Part shown: positions 58,002-64,000 of the stretch, one piece after another | Layout of the letters: each line of letters starts with the position of its first letter | How positions within the stretch are numbered: position 1 is the first letter of the stretch | NCBI GenBank assembly: GCA_965603825.1 | Contig: CBFDEM010000032.1 | Location: 744,001 to 808,000, forward strand | Length of the DNA stretch: 64,000 nucleotides | Reading direction: 5' to 3' | DNA from: Blepharisma stoltei ATCC 30299 | Taxonomy: Eukaryota; Protista; Ciliophora | Program-made: the position numbers and the translations under genes | Notes under the pieces: model-generated | What the model saw: the letters and a program-made list of their open reading frames with translations, nothing else | Told to the model about the DNA's origin: nothing | Databases searched by the model: none

Positions 58002-59261
58002 ATGGAGAACGCCTCAAGGACTCGAGATGAAGGATTGCATCAATACTCAGTTTCCCAGCTGAACGGTCCTTCTGCAGTCAACCGCAGAACAGCCAAAGTT
58101 ATCGGCTCTACCTTCCAGCTTGACACTCGTTACGAAATTCTCGACACACTTGGAAGTGGTGCCTATGGCGTTGTCGTCTCAGCACGCGACACTGTCACAG
58201 GTGAGCTCGTCGCAATAAAAAAAATCGAAAAAGCCTTCGAGCACTCCACATTTACAAAGCGAACCTTACGAGAACTGATTATCCTCAGACTTTTGAACCA
58301 TGAAAACATCATGAGAATCAAAACAATTCAGTTGCCACTTTCTCGAGAAGATTTTGACGAAATTTATGTAGTCAACGAACTCATGGAAACTGACTTGAGT
58401 TCCATTATAAAGAGTCCTCAGCCACTGTCTGACGAACATTGCCAGTTCTTTTTGTATCAAATCCTTAGAGGGCTGAAGTTTATGCACAGTGCATGTATTT
58501 TACATAGAGATTTGAAGCCGAGAAACTTATTGGTGAATTCTAATTGTGACTTAAAAATATGTGATTTTGGGTTGGCAAGACCGAATATGAAGGAACTGAA
58601 AGTAACTTCTACACAAATGACAGACTATGTAGCCACAAGGTGGTATAGGGCTCCTGAGGTCCTGCTTACTTACAAAAAATACACACCTGCCATGGACATG
58701 TGATCAGTTGGGTGCATTTTTGGAGAACTTTTGTTGAGAAAACCGATTTTACCTGGAAATGATGCAAACCACCAATTAGAATTAATTTTCAATTTACTTG
58801 GGACTCCTTCTGACAAAGATATAGCCAGCATCCCTCATCCTCGCTCCCGCGAAAAGGTCATGAGAATGCCAAAGCGGCCTGCAAAGTCCTTTGAAGCCAC
58901 TTTTCGTAGCGCAAACCCAGATGCTCTAGATCTACTAAAGAAAATGCTCACATTTAACCCTGATGAGCGTATCAAGGTAGAAGACGCTTTGGCGCACCCT
59001 TACCTTGCTGCCTTGCATTTCCCTGATGACGAGCCTACCTGTGACCCAGTTTCTCTCTTTGATTTTGAGTTCGAAAGACAAGTCCTGACCATGACGGACC
59101 TGAAAAACCTGATTTACGAAGAAATTTTATTGTATCATTTCCAAGACAAAAAAGAACAGTATGAGAAGGCGAGAAAGGACTATGACAGACAGCTGCATTT
59201 GCCTGGCAGAAGAATGTCGAGGGACAGAGAAGAAAGTGATGAAGAGGATGAGCTAAATTAG
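58002..59261 (+). CDS. MAP kinase (ERK-like, TDY), paralog of 23944-25164
   Basis: Invariant subdomain IX D-M-W-S-V-G-C has W encoded by TGA at 58701. Confidence 0.95.
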
Positions 59262-59295
59262 TTAATATACAGTCAATATTACTTTTTAATGGTTT

Positions 59296-59970
59296 TTATA
59301 TTAACAAAGCTGTAGAAACTGCAGAAATCCCAAGGAAAACTGCAGAGTCTAGAGCGAGGCTTTTTAGGTCTGATAAAATTTGAAACTCCCATAGTAGGTT
59401 TCCAAGGCAGCCTGGCGCACTTATGATTTCTACATAGTATTTTTGGTACCAGTTCCAGTAGGTTCGGTTTCTTGCATCGATTCTCAAGTCATTTGTAAGG
59501 TTTTTTGAAATTTGGCAGACTTTTCAATACCCATCAAAAGCGTTAGAACTTATGTCGGCTTCACAGTAAAAATAGCCGTCAAGGCCACATACGCATTGAG
59601 TAGACCAGCCTTCACGAGTTTTGCAGTCTTGCTGGGTTGTGCACTTTTTGGGGTGGCTGCCAACAGCGAGAAAAGCGTCAGGGTTTCTTGTGCCACAGAA
59701 GCTACTTCCTTGGCTGTCTATTGTGCTGGAATCAACACCGTCGTAGTTTTGGCGTGTGCAGTAGAAAGATTTGGTTGATGAAGGGGATAATAAGTCACTC
59801 CAGTCATAAAAATCTTCAAGCTTGCAGTAAAAATCAGTCGGGCAACCATTAGAATTAGCTAAGATTTGAGTTCCTTGAAGGGTTGCGCAGACGGTGTAGT
59901 TTAGAGATTGGCATACTCATTGAGGACAATATGCAGCTGCTAAAGGTAGGAAAAATATGAGAATCATCAT
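59296..59970 (-). CDS. Cys-rich, probably GPI-anchored surface protein (224 aa)
   Basis: MMILIFFLPLAAA signal peptide; SHPKKC..DC..CVCGLDGYFYC; hydrophobic tail SAVFLGISAVSTALLI; two TGA=W; mostly missed by the ORF track. Confidence 0.8.
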
Positions 59971-60125
59971 AATTCTTTATTATTTTTAAAATAAATTAAT
60001 ATAAAAAAATACAATTAACTATCCTTTAAGTCTTTTTATTATAGGAAAATATAATATAATTCCATAAAACATTAAAAAAATTAGACAAAAAGACCATAAA
60101 ATTGAAAACTCTACAAAAATTGGCT

Positions 60126-63100
60126 TTAAGAAGCCGCATGGGATAATCCCAAATGCTAAAATACCACTTACGTCTGCAATTGTTTCGTTGATTTTCCTCA
60201 AGAAATGCTCACTTGTGTAGTTTCCAGGTATCATTGCCTTAAGCCTTCTTGTGTGCATGTTCATTTCTTCTGCAGCTGCATTATAAGACATTTTACCTCT
60301 TAGCGACTCAGGGACATAATCATAATTCATCCTTTGTGTCTCCATTGGCATCATAAAATGCCCATCTCTCTGAGAATCCACTAGCCTTACTATTACAGAA
60401 ACAGGGTCCAAATATTGAGGCCCTCCTGACCGTTGTGCTGCCCTCATTAAATGCTCCCAAGGACTATTATTAGTCAGCTCCGACATAAAAGGAGCAGGCA
60501 CCGATCCTTTGAATAAAGGCAGCTGATAAATCCCTGAATTAATGTACCCATCTTCTGAAAAAACGGGTAATATAGTCCAGCCTACATCAACAACCTCTGG
60601 TTTCTGCTTAGCAAAGCTGACTGCTCTGATATCTATAATAATATGCATGTTTCTATCAAATAAAACATTTCTATAGTTGTGGAAACCGTCCAAAAATCTC
60701 GGGGTCGTTATAGAGCTATTCCAATCAACTTTTATAGTGAAATTCACATCTTGGGTAATTACAGTATTTGAGTATAGAGCACCAGGAGGGTTTAAGCAAA
60801 ATACAGCCACATGTGGAGACTCTGTAGGAATATTGTGAATAGCGTCCACAGAGAACTTGAACCCCATTTTTGGTAGATACTTTGCAAAATATTTCATATC
60901 AATCATAGGGGTCCTTGGTGTCACTTGCAATTTCTGGTCAATTCATTCTAGCATTTCATCATCTGTTTGGTCTAGTCTGATTCCCATTTGGTTTTGTGTC
61001 TGTGCAGTGGCGTCCCTGACTGTGATATCTCTTCTATTGACTCTTTCTTCATATAAGTATCTTTCAATCGTTGTAGGCATGCACTCTGAGGTATTATAGA
61101 TCCTTTCTTCATATCTTGGAGGTGGAACCACGAGTCCTCGAGAATATCATTCATTGGGCAGCACATCTTTTGTGCTCAGGACTCTTAGGCCGCTATCTGC
61201 TTTTGGCGCTTCTCTTATCCTCACAAGTAAAGTAGCACACGGTATTATCTCCAGCTTTCTAAACGCAGAAATCCCAAAAGGTGGCTTTCTATATGGTTCC
61301 TGACAATAAATAGGTATCTGAAAATGGCCTTTATTTAATATAAAATCCTGCTCATTTGGGTTATCAGGCTGATCTCTCCTAAACTTATTAATAAACATAT
61401 TAATTGCTGCATAGCCTAAAACCCTCACTTCGCTATGCTGTGTATCAATTGTCAATATAGAAATCACAATGGTCGTCGTAGGGTCAAAAATTTGTTTGCG
61501 GAATTCTGTCCTAAAACAATAGCTTGGAGAATATGCTGAAGAATTCAAATCAGGCAGCCCACCTACAGGCTTTTCCACTTTTTCTAGGTTTGAGGTAAAA
61601 GCTTTGACTATTATTTTTGAACAGCTGATATTGTCAGGGAAAAATCTGGCTCCGTCTACGTAGAAATCGACACCGTCACCTTTGTCGAAGTACCGGATAT
61701 CGGTAAGCTGAGGTGTCTGATTTTCTAGAAATGGCTCGATTTTTTGAGGAGGCTTAAATGAGGCAAGAGACCCTGGCCGATGGACAGAGCCTAAGGACTG
61801 AGCGCGGGAGTTTGTGTCTAGCCGAGTTGTGGTAGGCTCAAAGACGGTTAGCTTTAAGGTCCCTTCTTTTTGGCGAAGCAAAGCTGGGTCGTATAGAGGG
61901 ACAGCTACTGGGTAATGGTACAAATTCAGCTCAATTGTACCAAAATTAAGTGCCCGACTATCAGAATTTGTCAATTGGAAAACTGTCCATGCTACAGGTA
62001 AAAAGTTATCTGGACCAGTTGGCTTGAAATTCTGGTTCTGGCCATGCAGAAGTCCTTGGTTTACCCTTTCAAAAATTTCTACTACCAAATAATAGCTCAT
62101 TTGCCAATCAGCTTGCTCAAGCATTATATAGAAATTATTCATAAATTGGGTCTCCTTATTGATTTCTATAATATTATGTCCTTTATCAGCAGGATTTCTT
62201 AACGCTGCATTTTGCATGGCATTATTATTGATATCGCTTGCTTTTAACTTACTTTTGTCAGCCCAGATTTTGGTCCCTGGAATTCTTTTATTCCCAATAC
62301 TAGGACTTGGGGAAGGGTCGTCAGCCAGTGCATTGACGATTTCGCTGGACCATCTACAGTCGTTCCCGTTGGAATCTTTTGCGACTTTTTCGTCTTCTTG
62401 AATGGTGACTTGGAATTTCAGGTGGGATTTTGATAGGAAATTTAATAAATTTTCAAGTCTTACAGCAAAGCCATGGTTTGAAATTGGGTTTAGGACTGAG
62501 CCAGCGGTGCCTAGAGAGCGAGGACGAGTGTTTCTAGACTGTGGCTGAGGGTTAAAAGGAGCTTTATTAGGCTCATTCATAGACTCGTCAAGATCCATTT
62601 TAGACCTCATAAAAGGAGGCGGATTTCTATCTAAATTATCATTGGGATACTGTTTTGTAGGGCCGAAATCTCTTTGGTCCATAGGAATCCCAAGCTTATT
62701 CATGATAACTCCTCGTTTCTGTTCTTCAAGCCATTTATCATTCATCAATTTCCTTTCTTTCAGCTCCATTTCTCTATCAAAGTTCTTTTTCATTCTTTCC
62801 ATTGACAGTTCTTGTAGCATGGCTTCCATTCTTGCCCTTATTTGTGACATTTCTTTATAGTGCTCCAATTTAGCTTGATAAAGCTCAGAATTCTTTGGCA
62901 GCGCCGATAGCAGTTTTAGCTCAGAGTGTTCTTGGTTTATTACATTATTTAACGCCCTTTCTTCTGGTAATAAGTCTTCTGACTGCACTTCGTTATTTCC
63001 TGGAGCTCTTTCTAGGGTGTTAATTCTGTTTTGAAACTCGTTTATAGCATTTTGCATTCCTGTGTAAAATTCGTCATGGTCTTTGCTGTTAAGCTTTTTT

Positions 63101-64000
63101 TTGATTTTTTTTAGTTCTTTTTTGAGTGATGTCATAGCTTTGTCTTCTGCTGGAGAAGTCATGGTGGGAGAGGTAAATTGATTACTTGGTTGAGGAAAAT
63201 AAGGGTTGCCTGGTGGTGGATATGGAGGAGACATATAAGGGTTGCTTGGAGGGTAGTTTGGATATCCAGGCTGATATGGGTTATATTGGTTATTCCTTGG
63301 CATATTGTTGACATATGGATACTGCAGATCATTGCCTCCAAAATTTGGAATCATAGGCCTCTGGTATGGAACAACTGGCTGGACAATTCTTGGACTTGTG
63401 ATGCTTTTAGCTGAATTTTCTCGTGAGTATTTATTCTTCCCTTCTAATGCAGCAAAATCAAATGGTTTTGCTTGATCCTTCTGAATAAAATCTTCATGAT
63501 CCTTTTTCAGCTGATTTAACCTTTCATAGTCCTCTTGCCATTTATCATTTAATTTTAATAAATTGTTCGGAATATTTTTTCTGTCTGCTGAAGCCAGAGG
63601 AGTCCCTATTATTGTGCTAGCAACCAGTTTCCCTGCAGAATTTTTCCTGATAGTGCCATAATCCCCTTTTTTTATTTGGTTTAAGTCGTCCATAATTCTA
63701 TCCCTTTCTAAATCAATCATCTGTTTTTTCTTACTTAACTGCTGTAGCTGGATTGCTCTTGCCCTTGCCATCTCCATTTGTTTTTTCTGCATTAATTCCA
63801 TGTTGATTTTTACACTTTCTCCTCTATTTTCTAAACTTAGCCTGTCTTTTTCAGCTTGTCACAGCCTTTCGTCGTCTACCATTTTCCTTTGAAAATTCTC
63901 AATTTCTTGTCAAAGGTCGTTTTCTTTTACCCTCAGATTTTCTCTGTCTTCTTCTAATTTCAATAAATTATTTCTTTTTCCTGCATCCCCTGTGCCTAGA
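60126..64000 (-). CDS. Large coiled-coil + C2-like domain protein (CCDC17-like?), 5'-truncated; probable 16-nt intron 60156-60171
   Basis: Open from 63999 through TGA=W joins. FYVDGARFFPDN and repeated (V/A)GW..F..G.(Y/F)QLPL C2-like motifs. Splicing GTAAGTGGTATTTTAG ends the protein at IADHLGLSHAAS*. Confidence 0.75.
60156..60171 (-). other. Probable 16-nt intron
   Basis: GTAAGTGGTATTTTAG; A at position 10, as in the 15-nt introns. Confidence 0.65.

Noticed and set aside
15806-63414. Many F/S/L-rich antisense ORFs in the track, and TGA-terminated ORFs as separate genes or pseudogenes
   Set aside because: The antisense ORFs are shadows of K/E-rich genes; the TGA breaks are Trp codons.

Overview
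AT-rich, extremely gene-dense eukaryotic DNA, best read as a heterotrich ciliate macronuclear contig of the Blepharisma type. TGA encodes Trp (conserved W positions in MAPK, RCC1, Kelch, EF-hand and ZZ motifs are TGA), genes end in TAA/TAG, and introns are 15-16 nt. The standard-code ORF track therefore fragments most genes, and I re-joined them by hand. The first ~14.2 kb is an accessory region. It holds a tandem array of four B-box-like/coiled-coil/Kelch-like propeller/TPR genes with near-identical frameworks, hypervariable loops, variable TPR number and swappable C-termini (some CaaX), and every copy carries a disabling lesion. It also holds a hidden paralog fragment and a frameshifted PABP copy between ~470-bp direct repeats. 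The remaining ~50 kb is ordinary-looking housekeeping DNA: eIF5B, EMC7, two TDY MAPKs, U3 snoRNA, cyclin, Nup98, CCDC77, listerin-like E3 and others. Several of these genes have unusual architectures: HVA22/REEP + beta-thymosin-like repeats + PH-like, RCC1 + pseudo-RasGAP, NPF-repeat Nup98 with a ubiquitin-like insert, and a half-length listerin. Some divergent gene pairs have ATGs only 7-26 nt apart. All domain calls are by motif recognition, not database search.
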